A stretch of DNA of 64,000 bases from Trichosphaerium sp. ATCC 40318 (lineage: Eukaryota > Protista > Tubulinea), in assembly GCA_038496445.1 (NCBI GenBank), contig JALMLS010000232.1, positions 208,663-272,662 on the forward strand, read 5' to 3'. The notes beneath the pieces were generated by a model that was given only the letters and a program-made list of their open reading frames with translations, made no database searches and was not told the origin of the DNA. Below, piece after piece: positions 12,709 to 27,417 of the stretch (position 1 is its first letter; every line of letters starts with the position of its first letter). The translations under genes were made by a program, and so were the position numbers.

Positions 12709-15700
12709 TTAGAGTTCAACAAGCGTTTGTGGTGTGTTATTACCAGCTTCAATATCATCTACTCGTGGGTCAAACTCATCATCAGAGCTCTGAGCTTTTT
12801 CTTCTCCTGGTTCATCATGATCTGAATCGTTGTCGAGATCAATAGGCTTAGCTAATGTCACGTGTCAGCAAACCGTAAAAATTATTTGAAAAAAAAAAGA
12901 ATTTCTCCGTACCGTCATCCTCAATATGCTCGTCGTCTTGTTGGATAGAAGCATAGTTTGCTGGAGGTGGCGTGAAGGCTGGTAGCATCTAAAAAAAATT
13001 TAGTCATCCGAAAAGCGTAACAACCCAAAGAAAAAAACCAAAGAAACATTGAGATGGTCCTGTACCTTTTCAGGGATAACTGTGCTGAGACATCCTCTAA
13101 CTCCAGCATGTTTACCACTTATATACCACAGAGCGCCAAGAATAGCTACTAGTAGTACAACTAGAACAAAGATAACGAAAATAGCACGCTACAGTAAAAA
13201 GTAAGAACAGTAGGAAAAAAAGTAAAAAAAACCAAAGAGAAGTTCGTACACCAACATGCGTCTCGTGAATTGGTTTGGCAGCAGCTGTTGGGGCTGGAGT
13301 AGGAGAGGCTACGAATACAAGGTAAGTGGGGCGCTTTTAAAGGAAAATAAAAGACATACAAGGAGGACAAGGTGTCTCTACTGGAAATCTGTCTTGGATA
13401 CCCTTAGTTTTATCACATTGGTTTCCAGGTACTAAACGGTAACCTAATAGTACAATTCGTTAGGTTTTTAAAAGTCAAGAACGATCGTTTAAGAACTTTA
13501 TCCAAAAAAAAACAAAAAAACTAACCTTGAGTTTTATGCCAAGTACCATCACATTGTGAAGGTGGAAGATTAGGATCGTATTCTGGGCATTTTTCATCTT
13601 CAGTGTTGAATACACATTTACCATTATCATCTTCAACAAAGCAATAATCACTGTACAATGTCAGTGAACGAAAAGTTTGGTTTTTTTTTTTGGTTTCGTA
13701 CCATTCAAAATCTTCTTCAGAACAAGGACAAACAGATACCTTGAGGTACTTAGTTGCATTAAACTCTGGACCATTGTAACAATCTCTGAAAGGTTTGCGG
13801 CGTATGTATTGAACACGTTGACCCATGAGACACTAAAATCAAGTTACGACGAAGAAGAGTCATTAAAGTTGAGACTTTGGTTTTTTTTGAAAAAAGCGTT
13901 GTACCTTATCAGTTGTAACAGAATCAGAAGGAGACCATTTTTCGTAGTCTGATTCTTCGCTACCAGGAGAAGCCAAGTTACATTGTGTAGGCTTTTGGTT
14001 AGAGAAATCAAGGTGTAAAATAACACCCTTTGAAGGATCAGCTTCAGTTGGACGACTAAAACAAAAAACCAGTAAACACTTAAATTATCCACGTGACTTA
14101 AAAAAAACACCAAATATTATGCTTACCGAGTACCCCAAGCAATGAATTTTGTAGATAAAGCACCAGGTTCTGATATGATGTTTGTTATATCTACCTTTTC
14201 GAATTTTGCATCAGCAGTGAAGTTACATGTAGACCATTTTTGTCCTTCAGTCCACGTGTACCTATTCTCAAATAGTCAGAAAGTGACACACTCAGTACAC
14301 CCCACAGCTACAGGGTATGAAGACTAAAAAAAGACGTACAAGATGCTATCGGTTTCATATGTATCAGCTGCAGCTACTACGAGCGCACCAGCATTGCTAA
14401 TCTCATATACGACGGATTCATTATAAAATTGAGTCCAAGTCCAACCAGCATCTCTGAATTATACCCAAAGTTAGTTAATCCATCCATGGTGGATAAAAAG
14501 AAATTCTCTAAGCAAACGTACCTAGATATATATGTCTTTACATTGCTTACATCTGTGATATCATTTAAAGAACTACCAGTTGTTCCTTGACCAAGCAAGA
14601 TACCAACAGCATTTGGTCGGGAATAAAAATACCCGTAAACATTATTGGTCGTTGATTTCCCGTACAAGTTCAAGAAGCACCCAGTATCTTCAGGGCATAC
14701 AGAACCTTCAGGTGCTCGTAGTCTATTCCATCTACCACCCATGTCATAAGAAACGTGTGTAGCAAACTCTTGACTCTCAGATGGATTCGTTATGTAAGCA
14801 TTTGCCATGTAAACACCGTGTAAGCCACCAACGCGTGAGAAATCAATTGGCAAGCCACCAGGGGAACGGATATTGTACCGGTGCTTCTAATGTGATATTA
14901 GAGATGTGCATTATATAGTTTAACACTTCTTCAAGCCAATAAAAAAATGGCTTGCGTCAAGAAAAAAAAATCCAATAAAATAAAAAAAAGAAAACCGATG
15001 ATTACGCACTTTGTTGTATTTCAAGGACTCTGTAAATGTTTTATCCAATCCATCACTTACGTACAAATTACCCCAAAGAGAGGATCTAAGTTTGATATTG
15101 TTTAGTACAAATGGTTTAATCTTCAAATAAAAAATTAAAAAGGTACATACCCATGTTGTACATTGATGAATGCGGCGCCATTGTATGAGTCAAGGATGGT
15201 GTATCCGTTTTCAGATAGCTCTGTAGAGAATACTGTTTGTTGGAAGCTATCACCACTATCTCTAGATGTAGAGAGTCCAAGTTTATGAAAGTTACCATCC
15301 TTGTACCACTGTAGAAAAAAAAAATTAGCAAGAGAATAAATTTTTTTTTGAAATTAGACTCACGTTAGCAGCGTATAGAGCTTCGGCCTTCTGGTAGTAT
15401 AAAACACCAGCACAGCTACGCAATAGAACCTTAGTAGGCTTTGAAGCATCAAACAAGTCTTCAGAACTAAGATAAACGAGTTAGAAACAACAACGAAAAA
15501 AAACATTTTAAAATAAAGTATTTTATAATTTAAATGGATTGTTAGTGTAGCGTACCGTGTAAGGATTCTATCATATACAGATTTAGACTGGAAAGATCCT
15601 CTCTTGTCTTCCCATTCCCATGCGAAAAGACGAGTATTTGGAATATCACCTTTACCAGAATTTGCCCAGTATGCGTCTACAACGTATTTACGAAGTAGTT

Positions 15701-16671
15701 TCCATGTTGCGCCCATATCTTTACTCAAGTACAACTACTCTGGAGGTCAGAAAATACCAAACAAGACAAAAGTCTCAGAAATTTTTTTTCAATTTTTTGG
15801 GAAATGATGACATATAGATATCATCAAATAACGTACGTTCATTTCGCATACGCCTCCAGATGTGCATTCGGTATTGATACCTAAACGATTTTTTTTTGTA
15901 AATTTTTTATCGAATTTACGAAAAAAATGTTTTACTCTGTCCTACCTGTATCAACAACCCAATCAGGTGTTGTTGGATGTACTTTGACACGTGTATTCAT
16001 CCAAAAACCAGTTTCATGACGTGTTAAAGTACTTGCTAGAGAAGAGTATTAGTAAGGGTTTTTTTCGGTTTTTGTGTTGAAATTTAGAAGTCAAATCGGA
16101 TTTAGGACTAGACTTTCGTTCGAAGGCGTATTTACGTACCAGCATCCCTGGATACCCACGTAACATTACGGTGCTGTGCTAGATAGTAATATTAGGTTAA
16201 TTCAGAGCGAGAAATACGCACTCAAGAACAAAACACTGTTTTTATCCTTGCCAACAATTATTTTAGTGACGTGATCGTCTCCAAAACCCATTTGTGTCCA
16301 TGTACTACCCTATCGGCAAGTGATTGAGCTGTGAGTAATTATTTAATTCTAAAAGATACCTCGTCTGGGCTTCTCCATACGGATTGGTCATCCGCTTGAA
16401 TGAGTACAACCTTTAATGACGTCAAACGAACGATAGCGAAAAAGTTACTTGACGTTACCTGATTTTTTGTGCCTAGGTATGTGGGCTGGCCTACTACTTC
16501 TCCAGGGATTGTTTGCTATAAGTAATATTAATATTAAAGCAAGTTTTATTTTAAACGGGCGAAATCATGTACCTCAGTGATAGTTACTTTGCCATCTGAG
16601 CACTGAACGGATACTGACTTGCAGATCTGTACAGAAGCCAAAAACACGATCAAATAAACGATCAGCTTCAT
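12709..16671 (-). CDS. VPS10: Vps10p/sortilin-family sorting receptor
   Basis: Signal peptide, then Asp-box repeats (LSKDMGATW, SYDMGGRW, SRDAGWTW). Contains GLHGVYMAN and a Cys-rich 10CC region (CPCSEEDFECDYCF; GYRLVPGNQC), followed by a TM helix and an acidic tail. Confidence 0.9.
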
Positions 16672-16812
16672 ATGTGCTACCACAGGTTATTTTTTTAAAT
16701 GATGGGGTTGTGGTTCGCAAAATTTCAAGCTTAGAGCAAAAAAACTTTTCCGGGAGCGAAGAATTCTTCCGCGGTTTACTTTTTTTTACTATTTGGACCG
16801 GTCAAACTACGA

Positions 16813-17395
16813 ATGGACGCTGTTATTGAACGTGCTCCAACCGCCTGTTACCTATATAACCTGTGAACCATAAGTTTTGATCCGCCCTGAACGTTTTTAA
16901 TCTTTTAGAACGAAACAGCGTGTATTTGAAAGCGTTTTCCGCAGCTACCTTGTTTGATACTGAGCAACGGAGCGTTTGCTACTTCAGTTTTTTTTACGTG
17001 ACGTACAGGTACACGTGCGTGAGTAAGCAGCGAAGATAAACATGGTTGAGGTTTTTCTCAATTGGATAATCCGTTACTAATATTTCAAGGACTTCCAAGC
17101 ACCCTTCGCACGGTTTGTGGAATCCTCGAGTAGGAATGTCAATATTAGGCAACGAGTAACTACAACGACACAATGTTGTGGTAACCTCCAAGGCAAGTTT
17201 CTTATATTCGTGCTGCGTAGGTTAGACAAGCGAATGTTGTCCTGAAAGCTGGTTGTACAATGACATAAACAGGCTATTGTTCTCTTGCCTCTGACTACAG
17301 TCCTAAATACATTTTGCTCAAGCTACGTGCACAAGGTTGATATTGAACAATCAAGATGATTAGCTAAAGAATGCTCATTCACCATTATACTTTAA
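16813..17395 (+). CDS. Possible small multi-exon hypothetical protein
   Basis: ATG at 16813 and a chain of GT-AG introns giving short open exons (RNSVYLKAFSAATLFD; DFQAPFARFVESS; YCSLASDYSPKYILLK). Phases are not fully resolved. Confidence 0.3.
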
Positions 17396-17632
17396 GTCAG
17401 CTTGTCCCGCCCTCATCTACTTCATTTGGGAGAATTTCTTGGATGGGACACTGAATCGGTTTTTGGTTTTTACTTTCAAGTGCTCGAGAAGGGATAATGC
17501 TAAAATATAAACAGACAAGTCAACATAAATAAAAGAAATTTTTGGGCTGTCTTAATGGAGACTAAACTGATAGTCGTCTATTATGCTTGGTAACTTCAAC
17601 ATTGTTACAATGGCGTCACAAAGCGTCTTTAT

Positions 17633-19226
17633 TTACTGTACAATATTCTCAACAATAGATAGTTTCTTTATAGTATATGAAGCAGCAATCTCCATATTCG
17701 CCAAAGAAGGATTATTAAAAGGTTTTACTTTTTTACCTTTTTTAAGTGAAACAATAGTAGATGCTTTAACAACATCATTACCACTACTACTACTACTACT
17801 GTTGGATACATTGTATGACTTGTGAGTGATAAACCTTTGATTCCATTTTTTACAAAAACACGTGATATCAGATGAATAAATATCAGAGTATTGATGAAGT
17901 AAACCCATCCATAAACTGAAACTACCATCTTGACAATAAAAAAAAGAACCCATTGTAGCTGAATTTGATATTGCTCCTCCTTTTGTATTATCCTTAGATA
18001 TTATACTTTCAAGCTCTTCACAGATACCAACAGTAGTCCATTCTGTTGTACGTTTAGCACCTGCAAGATCTGCAATAAAATCATCACCAAAGTAACAGAC
18101 TTTCTTGTTTTTCAAGTGAGGTAATAAATATGCAATATTCCCTCCATAGTAAGACTCTCCTATGCTTACTTTACTTGCTTTACCATTACGCTCACCATTC
18201 TTTGTGGCTAATATATCTTATTAGATTAAATGATTTATGTACAAGGCATACCATAAAGTGTACAATCAAGTCCAAAATAATAAGGTTTTTTTGCTCTATA
18301 AATAGAAAAATCAAATAAAGATTGCCATCCTTTACCAAAAGCGTAATCAAGTAGAATAGCTGTATATCTGTAATTTGAGTTTGTAAGAAGGAAGAGCTTC
18401 TTTCCATTATCACGTAGTTCTTTCAATAATTCTCTAACTTCTGTTCTAGGAAAGATATACTTCGATGCTTGTCCGTTCCTAAAAGGAGCGAAATAACTTG
18501 AAGTTTCAAAATCACCAAAAAGGTGATTTAGACCACTAGATAGGTCGTTGAATATTTCAAGATAGCTATCACTATCACCACCAATGATATCTTGACGATG
18601 AATAAGGTCACAATACAGTACAAACGCAGGTAATTCAAAAAAAGAGCGACCAGCCCAAAACCTTGATTAAAAGTCAGTTTTTCGTTCCAGTAAAGGATAG
18701 TGACTGCGCTCACCTGGTACTAACGACGCCGTTGTAATCAATGGGCTGATTTTTATACGTAGCATCAATTTCAGCGCGGCTCAAGCGTTTATGTCCATGT
18801 AGTGCTACCTAGGACAAGTTACGTTGTGTGTATGGTATGTCAAACTTACCTGTACGTGTAGTGAAGCGTCAACGCTAAGGAGATTGCCTGCACGTTGGTT
18901 AGCGATATGTCAAGAGCTATTTTTTGGTACCGTGTTCTTTATCCATAATAACACCTCTCATGGCTCTACTAGCGTCGCAAATAGCCTAGAACAGTAAACA
19001 TTGGTTTCTTCGGAGCGTGTACGTACAATATTACGTAATTCTTTGCCATAGCGTTGATTTTGCGATAAGAAATCCACCAACCCGTTGAAAACAAGCTCAT
19101 TTATGGCAGGGACATTGTAGCGTATCAACTACTATAATTAACACATTACCGCAAGTGCCATACTCGTACTGTGTTATCCAAGTCAAACCCAAACCAATCG
19201 TAGTCTTCTAAACAAAAATCTGACAT
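17633..19226 (-). CDS. HAD-superfamily 5'-nucleotidase domain protein (NT5DC-like)
   Basis: DYDWFGFDLDNT (motif I), KKLFLLTNS (II), AKKP (III), VCYFGDDFIADL (IV), WTTVGICEEL. Confidence 0.85.
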
Positions 19227-19358
19227 TTTGATTCTAGGGTTGCTTAATAGCAATTTTTCTTAAGTCAATTGTGTCTTTTGTGGGCTCTTGGTGGCAATGA
19301 TTTCACTATTACAATACTGTACTTGTTGTACAACGTAAAAAGTACTTTAATTCCATAT

Positions 19359-22300
19359 TTATCTTACAATTCTTTGGACACGTTTTCTTCGTTTCTTTTT
19401 TTTCCTTCTCTTTTTTGGTTGCTCCTCATCATTCTCTTCACGTTCTTGTCTTTCTAAGTCATGTATGGTTGGTAAAGCAGGTCCATACTCAGGTCCTTGT
19501 GATTTATCATCTTTCTTCTCTTTTTTAGGCCTCTCAACAGTCTCACCTTCAAAGATATTTAGCAAACAAGCTAATTAATGTACTCTTCACCTGTAAGAAT
19601 CTCATACTCCTCTTCTGTAATTTTTCTTTTCTTGAGTGCTTGTAAACATTTCCACTCCTCTAAGATATCCTTTTTGAACACTATTAGATAAATGTCAAAC
19701 TAGTTACAGCGTTACCATAGCAGCAGCTTTCTCCTCTGCTTTTCTTTTTCGGAATTTCTTGTTTCTTTCCATCTTTTTCTTAATCTCTGCTTTGCGCCTA
19801 TATGTACTTTAATAATGAATGTATTGGTAACTTGAATGTGTACTGTTTTTCTCTTTTCTTCAATTCTCTAAGTTGTGATAACCTACACAAGAAAATTAAA
19901 TAAAAATAATTTCGTTCTTTAAAAACAGTACCTGACAGCTTCTCTCTTATTATCTGACCAAGGAATGACATCTGGATCAGCTACTGTATCTTCATAGTCT
20001 ATATTTTCTCTAGGAATCTCTAGTAATGAAGGGACCTAGCTTTGTGTTACTTTTGCCAAACTGTTAAAGACGTTTTTTTTTTTTTTCCTGCTCAGCATAA
20101 AGTTTCAACGTGACGTACATGAACAAGTGCGAAAGACTCACATAATTCGGTCAAGTTGAGATTAGCATGAGTGAATATGTATTTACAAACATGTTCCTTG
20201 TAGCCACGCATGTACGATAGAAAAGCAGTGATACTCTAAATGCAGGAAAAAAATGAGAATGTCACAATGAGTACAAAGTGTCAAAAAATCGTATGTCAAA
20301 GAACACAGTACCAATGAAAACATTTCTCTCTTTGCAGCACAAAACTCTTTAATTTGAGGTATATAATTTTCAAACGTTGAAAAATCTCGATCTGTTGATT
20401 CACGTATTGGTATCTGACGAACACCCAAGAAATCTAAAAACACCATCAATAACTCCATCCAAAAAAATCACCCAAAAAAGTTTTTCTTACCAACATAAAG
20501 CTTCTCACTTGGTAATAGGAATAATATAGCTTTACCAGAATTTCCTGCACGTGCAGTTCGCCCTTGATTAAATTTAGTAAAGGAACACAGAACAAATAAA
20601 AGCCGTAGTTAAGGAGTACTTTGTGAGCTCTTTTAGAAAACTGACAAAAAAAAATCTATCTAACGCCGTACCTATTCTATGTACAAATACGTCAGGTTGT
20701 AGTGGAGGATCATATTGAATGATAACATCTACAGCAGGGAAATCAAGTCCTCTAGCATATACATCTGTACATAAAAGTACGATACCATTGTCAGCATCAT
20801 GCATTTGTTTTTGAATCGCTAAAACAAATTATAAGCAATCATTTAAGTTAGATTATGTACTTAATCGCTTTTCTGTTGGTACGCCACCATGTACACTAAT
20901 AACATCTTTATACCTTTGACGAAGTTCTGGTACTTTTCGGAATATCTAAGGGCGATCTCTTTTAGAAAAAAAGTTGTCTTTCGTGAACACATACCAAATG
21001 AAAGTAATCAACCATTTTTCTGGTAAGAAAGAAAACAACGATTTTTTGTCCTCTGTTCTCATCCAATATTTGCAAGAGACACCCAAGCTTTTTATGTGAT
21101 GGCACGTACACGTATGTATTATCAAGGCTACAACCAAACAATTACATAAAAAAACTTCCACAGTGTACAACAGCGCCAAAAAAAAAAAAGAAGGAAAAAA
21201 AACTACGAACCTTGTTGGAATCATTTGAGTGCCTAGCAAGGCATCATTTGACTTAACTGTAATATCAATTTTAATAGGGTTCCTGAGTCCAACTAAATAA
21301 AACAACGTCAATTTCAATCCTCAAATAAATAAGAAGAGTAATAACCTTTCATCAACTGTCTAACTTGCTTCGTCTGAGTTGCAGAAAAAAGACCCTTTTA
21401 AATAAATGTAAGAAGCTATTATCTTGATGCCAAGTGAGGACATACTGTTCGTCTTTGGCGTGGTAAACGTTGTAGAATATGAGAAACAGATACTTGGAAA
21501 CCCATATCCAGAATTCTATCTGCTTCATCAAGTATAAGTACTTCTAATTCACTTGTATTAAAATCAGCCATTCTGTTCAATAAATCTTCCAATCTTCCTA
21601 AAAAAAAGAAAATTAATACAAACAACGCCAATATGAAGAAAGGAAAAAACTGTAACAACAATAAGCGATTTTTGAAACATATTAGATTTTTTTGGTCACG
21701 AGTTTGCAACGCTGGCAAGCGATTTGGTTTGCATAGATTAGCGTCATTTAGAGTATCTATAACGTACCAGGTGTTCCTGTTATAATTGTAGCTCCCCTAC
21801 CACGCATAGTGGCCATATCTTCTTCTACATTTGTACCACCATAAGTTACAAGTTCAGTGATTTGTGGAATATGTTTTGCGAATCTAGCTGCTACTTGATG
21901 TATTTGTTCGGCTAATTCCCTATCATATATTAATAAACATACTGTCTTGGTGATAACAGAATCATGTTTGACAAATTTTAATGAAAGGGAGCTGAGATTT
22001 TTAGCGTTTTTTTTAACACACCTTGTGGGCGAAATAATTAGACACCCAACTTGATCTTTCCGTAGCGGTCTCTCTCGTCGCAGAATCATTTCTATCGCCG
22101 GTACAATAAATGCCAGTGTTTTTCCTGAGCCTGTAGGCGCCTAGTATCGATAAACAGGTGCTCAGGATTCGATTTATTCGAAAGCAATGGACACAAAGCG
22201 ATATGGTACCTGTACTGCTACATCCTTAAAGTTTAGGAATCTAGGGATAGTTTGGGCTTGAACAGGTGTCATAGTTTCAAATTTGAACTCTTTTTTAAGC

Positions 22301-22362
22301 ACATCTTGTATGAGAGGGTTTAACGTAACGCCGATATCATCCCAACGCCCTGCGATGGCCAT
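19359..22362 (-). CDS. DDX55: DEAD-box RNA helicase DDX55/Spb4
   Basis: [71 protein letters not shown], plus a basic C-terminal tail. Confidence 0.9.
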
Positions 22363-22831
22363 TTGTAAAAAAAATACGCGTAATAAGCACGCTTGATGTT
22401 TTTTCTTTGTCAATGAGCCTACGAGAACTTAATACACTGTTTGTAAAAAAAATGGTAAAGCATGAAGAAAAAAACCGTCATTGAGCGTAAATGTTTAAAT
22501 TACAACGAACAGTAACATACAACGTACAATACACTCAAGCAGACGTCTATCTATGAGGAAATCAGACTATCTTTGACTAGAAGTTCACAGAATTTGTTGA
22601 CTCTGCTTGTTCACTCGGTTCAAACTGCGCTTCGTATTTATTTCATACCAAGATTGAACGTAGAGTTAGACACTTTACAGATAGATACACAGTTACATTC
22701 AATTTCTATTTGCACGTGTTGCAAACCATACTAAGAAGAGTTTTTGTGTTGGAATGATTGACGGTCTTTTACCGCTTGTACACAAAGGGTTACTCTTGTG
22801 CCCTTTTTTGTTCAATTTCCATGGACATGGG

Positions 22832-23555
22832 TTATTTTACATTTTCATTTTCTGTTTGGTCGCTGATTTTGTTCGCACGCCTTCGTTTGGCGTCTCTTTT
22901 AAGTTGTTCAAATTCAGCCTCATCAGCAATTTGCATTTCAATGTGTTTCGCTTTTAGAGCTAAGTTACGTTTAGCACGCGCGGCTACATAAAAATCTATT
23001 CCTACATAAATCTAGGTAGAGATTACATTGGTTGTTTCGAACCAGCAAGTGTCAAAGTTGAAAATAAGATAAGCAATAACGTACGCCAAGAAAAAAACGC
23101 GCTCTTTCAGCAATAAACCTGTGTTTTGGTCGTCCTTTAAACATTATATCCCATGCGATAGGAGGCACTGCTACAATACTAGCCACAACGCCTGAGAGGC
23201 CTCTGCCGAAGCTTTTCCAGAGTAAATCGTCTTGTAATTTGTCACGGATTTCTATGCGTTCTGTAGCGTTCTCTACGTGCATTATCTCCTCTCTTGTAGG
23301 TAACGTATCAGATTCATGTATTAGCATGGCACATTCTCGAAAATAGTATATTGCCAGTCCTCCCATAACCACAGAAGCCTATTTATCGTAAGGTAATACC
23401 GTAAAAGTAACTTTAAATGTTTTTTACAAACAAATAGACTAAGCGATCGAAAAATGGCTCGGCATGAATGTGTAGCAGTAAATGCACATATCCTGTACCC
23501 CATATTGGAAAAAGCCTTGGTATTGGCTTGCTTGTCTCAAAATATCCGTTTGCAT
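22832..23555 (-). CDS. Hypothetical protein with two hydrophobic segments and a C-terminal coiled coil
   Basis: Three exons (MQTDILRQ...FQYG / ASVVMGGLAIYYF...RFFLG / RFYVAARAKRNLALKAKH...). Confidence 0.5.
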
Positions 23556-23684
23556 AGCGACGGCCACAGAGCACTTAAACTTCGGCTATTTAACAATTGA
23601 AATGCGTTAATAATGTTGTGTACAACGCCAGTTTCCTTACTTATGTACATTTAAGTTTACACGTTTCTTTGAACCCACGTCGCC

Positions 23685-24912
23685 ATGCAACACCTCTCTT
23701 CATCCCCAAATGAGGTACTAAATAACATACAATCGATATAGAACAATTTAAGCTGACAGGGGGTACTTCTATCAAGATTCTAGTACAAATTCTGCAATAT
23801 GTTGATTTAAGTGATCTATACTCCTGTATGCAAACAAGTAAACGGTTGTTGGAATGCGCAAGTGATAACATGGTGAGATTTTTTATGGATTCGTTATTTG
23901 AACATCCAAACTCTTTTTTGCGTATCACGTGACAATGACCTCTTCTGTTTCATCTATACAAAGCCGTTTGTATTTTTCACTTCGAATCACTCAAAGCTGC
24001 CAATCTGACGTTGTTTGCAACAGATATGGAAAGTATGTTTGATTGATATAATAGGTATAATCCCAACTATTGATTCAAAAGACAGCTACAAGGAAACGTA
24101 CAAACAGTTATCATTGGCATCATCAAGAGCGAGAGTATGCCAATTTTTTTTTTTCAGTACTAGCTTACTGACACTCTACTAGAAACAGTATATCGCAGGG
24201 AACCATGGTGCTCAACATCTTTTAGACGATAATTATGACTTTCAAAATGTGGCTACACATCACGTCGGGTGTGCGTTCCGCGGAGAAAAGAATGTAGTTT
24301 CTGAATGGTTCAAAGAAGGCTATAATGTGAATACATTACAATACTATACAAGCTTTCTCTACTACGGTAACTTTTGTGATCCAAAACTGGTAAGACCAAC
24401 ACAAACAAACATGTTATATTTAAGGTAACTGATTGTTTTTATTGGGCAGGCAGTTATAGACAAAGTAGAAGGTATGCAAAAAAAACAGTTTTAAAAAGAT
24501 TGACTTTTGTCACTTATGTTAATTACTTGTGTATGTAGGTATCTTTGTTCCTGCGGTTAGATCAAGTGACTATTTTGACTTACGTAATGTTTACTCAGCA
24601 GGTATTTTACAAACCCAGTTTTCGCTTCATGTAAGCTAAATAACACCTTCCGTTTTAGGGACTGTTCTTCATTGGGCATGCATTGGTGGACACCTTGAGA
24701 TGGTACATGAGATTTTAAGAGTGTACAAAAACGCAGTTGACCTCACTGTGTTAATACCTGAGTTCAAAGCTACAGCTTTAGATGGTAACTTACAGTACCA
24801 TGCATTCAACAAAAACTAACATTTATAAGTTGCTACTGCAAATGGACATCTGGGTATTGTGAGGATATTAAATAGACATTCATTGGTAAATACACCAGCA
24901 CAAACCACATAG
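23685..24912 (+). CDS. F-box plus ankyrin-repeat protein
   Basis: LSSSPNE|ILVQILQYVDLSDLYSCMQTSKRL F-box. Ankyrin repeats TVLHWACIGGHLEMVHEIL and TALDVATANGHLGIVRIL. Confidence 0.7.
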
Positions 24913-25319
24913 TGAATGATGGTGGTAAATAAACTACGTGATTTGTACCACGTATCCATAATAAACATGTGATTATTTTTCTTCCAAATGAAAATCAGTC
25001 CATTGTTTCACGTTGTAATACCCTTTGTCATTTAATTACATTGATCACTGTCACAATCTCGCATACACCACATTATCCCATCCAAGGTATCAACATACCG
25101 TTGATCATAAAAGCGGGGATGACATCAATGAATAGGATTGCCTATTACGCTTTGTGGTTCAACTTGAAACATCGATTTGGATACACTATCTGTTTTGTTG
25201 TCGCATATGCTTTTACAATCCATAGACTCAAAGTGAGATCACAAATCATTGTTGTATTGACTTGTGTCCAAAACCATCAAATCAACGCAGCAACGCTTTC
25301 AGGTAACTCAAACAAGTTT

Positions 25320-27417
25320 TTATTTTAATGTATGTGTTTGACATAGGAATAGTACACTCAGAAGTATAAAGAGTATTGAAAATTGGGTAGCATACCCAGC
25401 AGAGGTACACTTTGGGGCTCCGAAATTAAAGTTAAATAAAACAGACGTCCTCCCTGCCTGTAGTTGTCTGTTCTCTGTGACATCAAAACAAAGGTTTGTA
25501 GCAGCTATTTTGTATATTACAATATCACATGCTGCATTCTGAGTTATAGTGACAGTCCTTGTCTATGAAAACCAAATCAGTGAGCGATCCTTCGCAGCTG
25601 GATATTTTGAGAAATACTAAGCAAGGTGACGTACAAGAAGGGTAGGCTTAATTTCTATAAAAGGTGTTTTAATGCAATTATCAACATTAAGTGTTATATC
25701 TCCGCTACCAAACTCAATAATACCTCCATCTGGTAGAAAAACATTGCCTATTGTACAAAGGTGTTAGAAGCATTATGCCAAAACAGTTCTTTCAAAAACC
25801 ATACCATCTATATTTATATTGTTGTCTATTAGTATACTTTCGTTTTTACTTATAAGCTCTGTCCAAATAACAGAAACTGGAGCATTTGCGCTACTGTTAG
25901 TTGGTGTAGCTGAGGTTGGAGCATCCGTTGTTGGTGCTTCTGTAGTTGGGGAAGATGGTGGTGGGTTTAGATTATATGATACACTACTGTTTCTAATACT
26001 CCATGAGTTCACAATAGCGCCTTTTTTGTCTGTTTGTGGGTTTTCTATACAAAGTTTAACAAGTACAACATCAAAGATTTCCTGACAACTCACCTGAATG
26101 GAATTCCCAGTGGTGAAGCATATCAGGATCAGATATCTCCGGTTGTCCATTAGCAGTTTTGTTAAGTTGTAGTGGTGTCCGTATTCCTCTCCAAACTGTT
26201 ACTTCCGCAATTTGGCCCTGATATTAGATTAGTTTAGTTCAAAGAAATGAAGACTCGAAAGGATTCATCTCAAAGCAGGGTTTTAAAACGTACTCTAAAA
26301 AATGGTGTTGAGATAACATCATGTCCTCTGTTTGCACAACCAATTGATACGTTCTTGCCGCCAACAGATGTAGGCGAGACTTCAACAGTGAGGCTAGCAT
26401 TTCCTGAATCTATGCCTAAAGGGTCATAGTACAAGATATTGATACTCCCATTTGAAGCTGTTCTAGAAAGTGTAACATACATCTATCACGTGTCAGCGAA
26501 AGAAAAAGTAAGAATGTATCCACAAAAAAAGCGGCTGTTTGTGGCTTGTAAACAGTACCGACACGGATACTTTAGCTTGTGAGTAATATGTATCTATGCA
26601 CAACCTCACAAAACACATCACTCGCCCCCTTAAAAGTCTTGGCTTTCGACAATGATGGCTTAAACGAAATTTTGGATAATAAAAATGAACGTTGTGGTAC
26701 CCATTTATTCGCTGGCATTATTTCTGTGGCAGTGTTATATTCAGTACACCAAGTATCAGCAGGTTTAAAATGCTCATAGCTGAATTGGGCATTGGATAGG
26801 GCTTCTGTACCTCCAATAGCAAACAGAAATCCGCTTGCACTGGCGCAAGTACCTTGCTTTGTTGAAAACAAAGGGCTCAATGTACAAAGAAGCGGGTTTG
26901 TACAACTAAACGATAATTAGAAACAAAACGACAAGAACAGGGAGACTTCGTCAACACGAAGGCAGAACCCACAAAAAGGCTACCAGGTGCGGTTGTGAGT
27001 AAAACCCAGTTGGCCGTACACAACGCAATCAAAATAGTTTGTTGAATACCAATTACGTACTTCCATTTGACCCACAAGCTCACTGTAAGTGAATCATGTG
27101 CACCAAGGTTTATATCTGCTACTAAACAACTATCTCCGCCAAAAGTTGCTCCATAGTCCGTAGGAACGTACGAGTACACTACAAGTATTTAGAAACCGTA
27201 GAAAACAAGCTGGCCTCAAACAATTGATTCAATTGGGAATCCGTCATCAAATACGTTCACAATGCTCAAAAACGCAACGAATTCGTAGGTACACTTAAAA
27301 TTGCGTTGTTGAAACCGAAGGAGATGCTTTTGCCTAAATTCTAGTGTACGTACCCCCATGTGATAGAATAGATACTATTATAGCGAACAATAGGAGCAGA
27401 AAGCTCGATTGTTCCAT
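25320..27417 (-). CDS. Secreted or surface protein (LamG/concanavalin-like domain, Pro/Thr stalk, hydrophobic GPI-like C-terminus)
   Basis: Signal MEQSSFLLLLFAIIVSILSHG; FGGDS...LTVSLWVK and MPANKW LamG-like motifs; PTTEAPTTDAPTS stalk; terminal FSILFILLSVLFL. Confidence 0.6.

Noticed and set aside
25032-25223. Minus-strand Cys-rich ORF with an in-frame TGA (possible selenoprotein)
   Set aside because: No family motif; the downstream ATGA...TGAT cannot form SECIS helix II; it lies in 3' UTR space between convergent genes.
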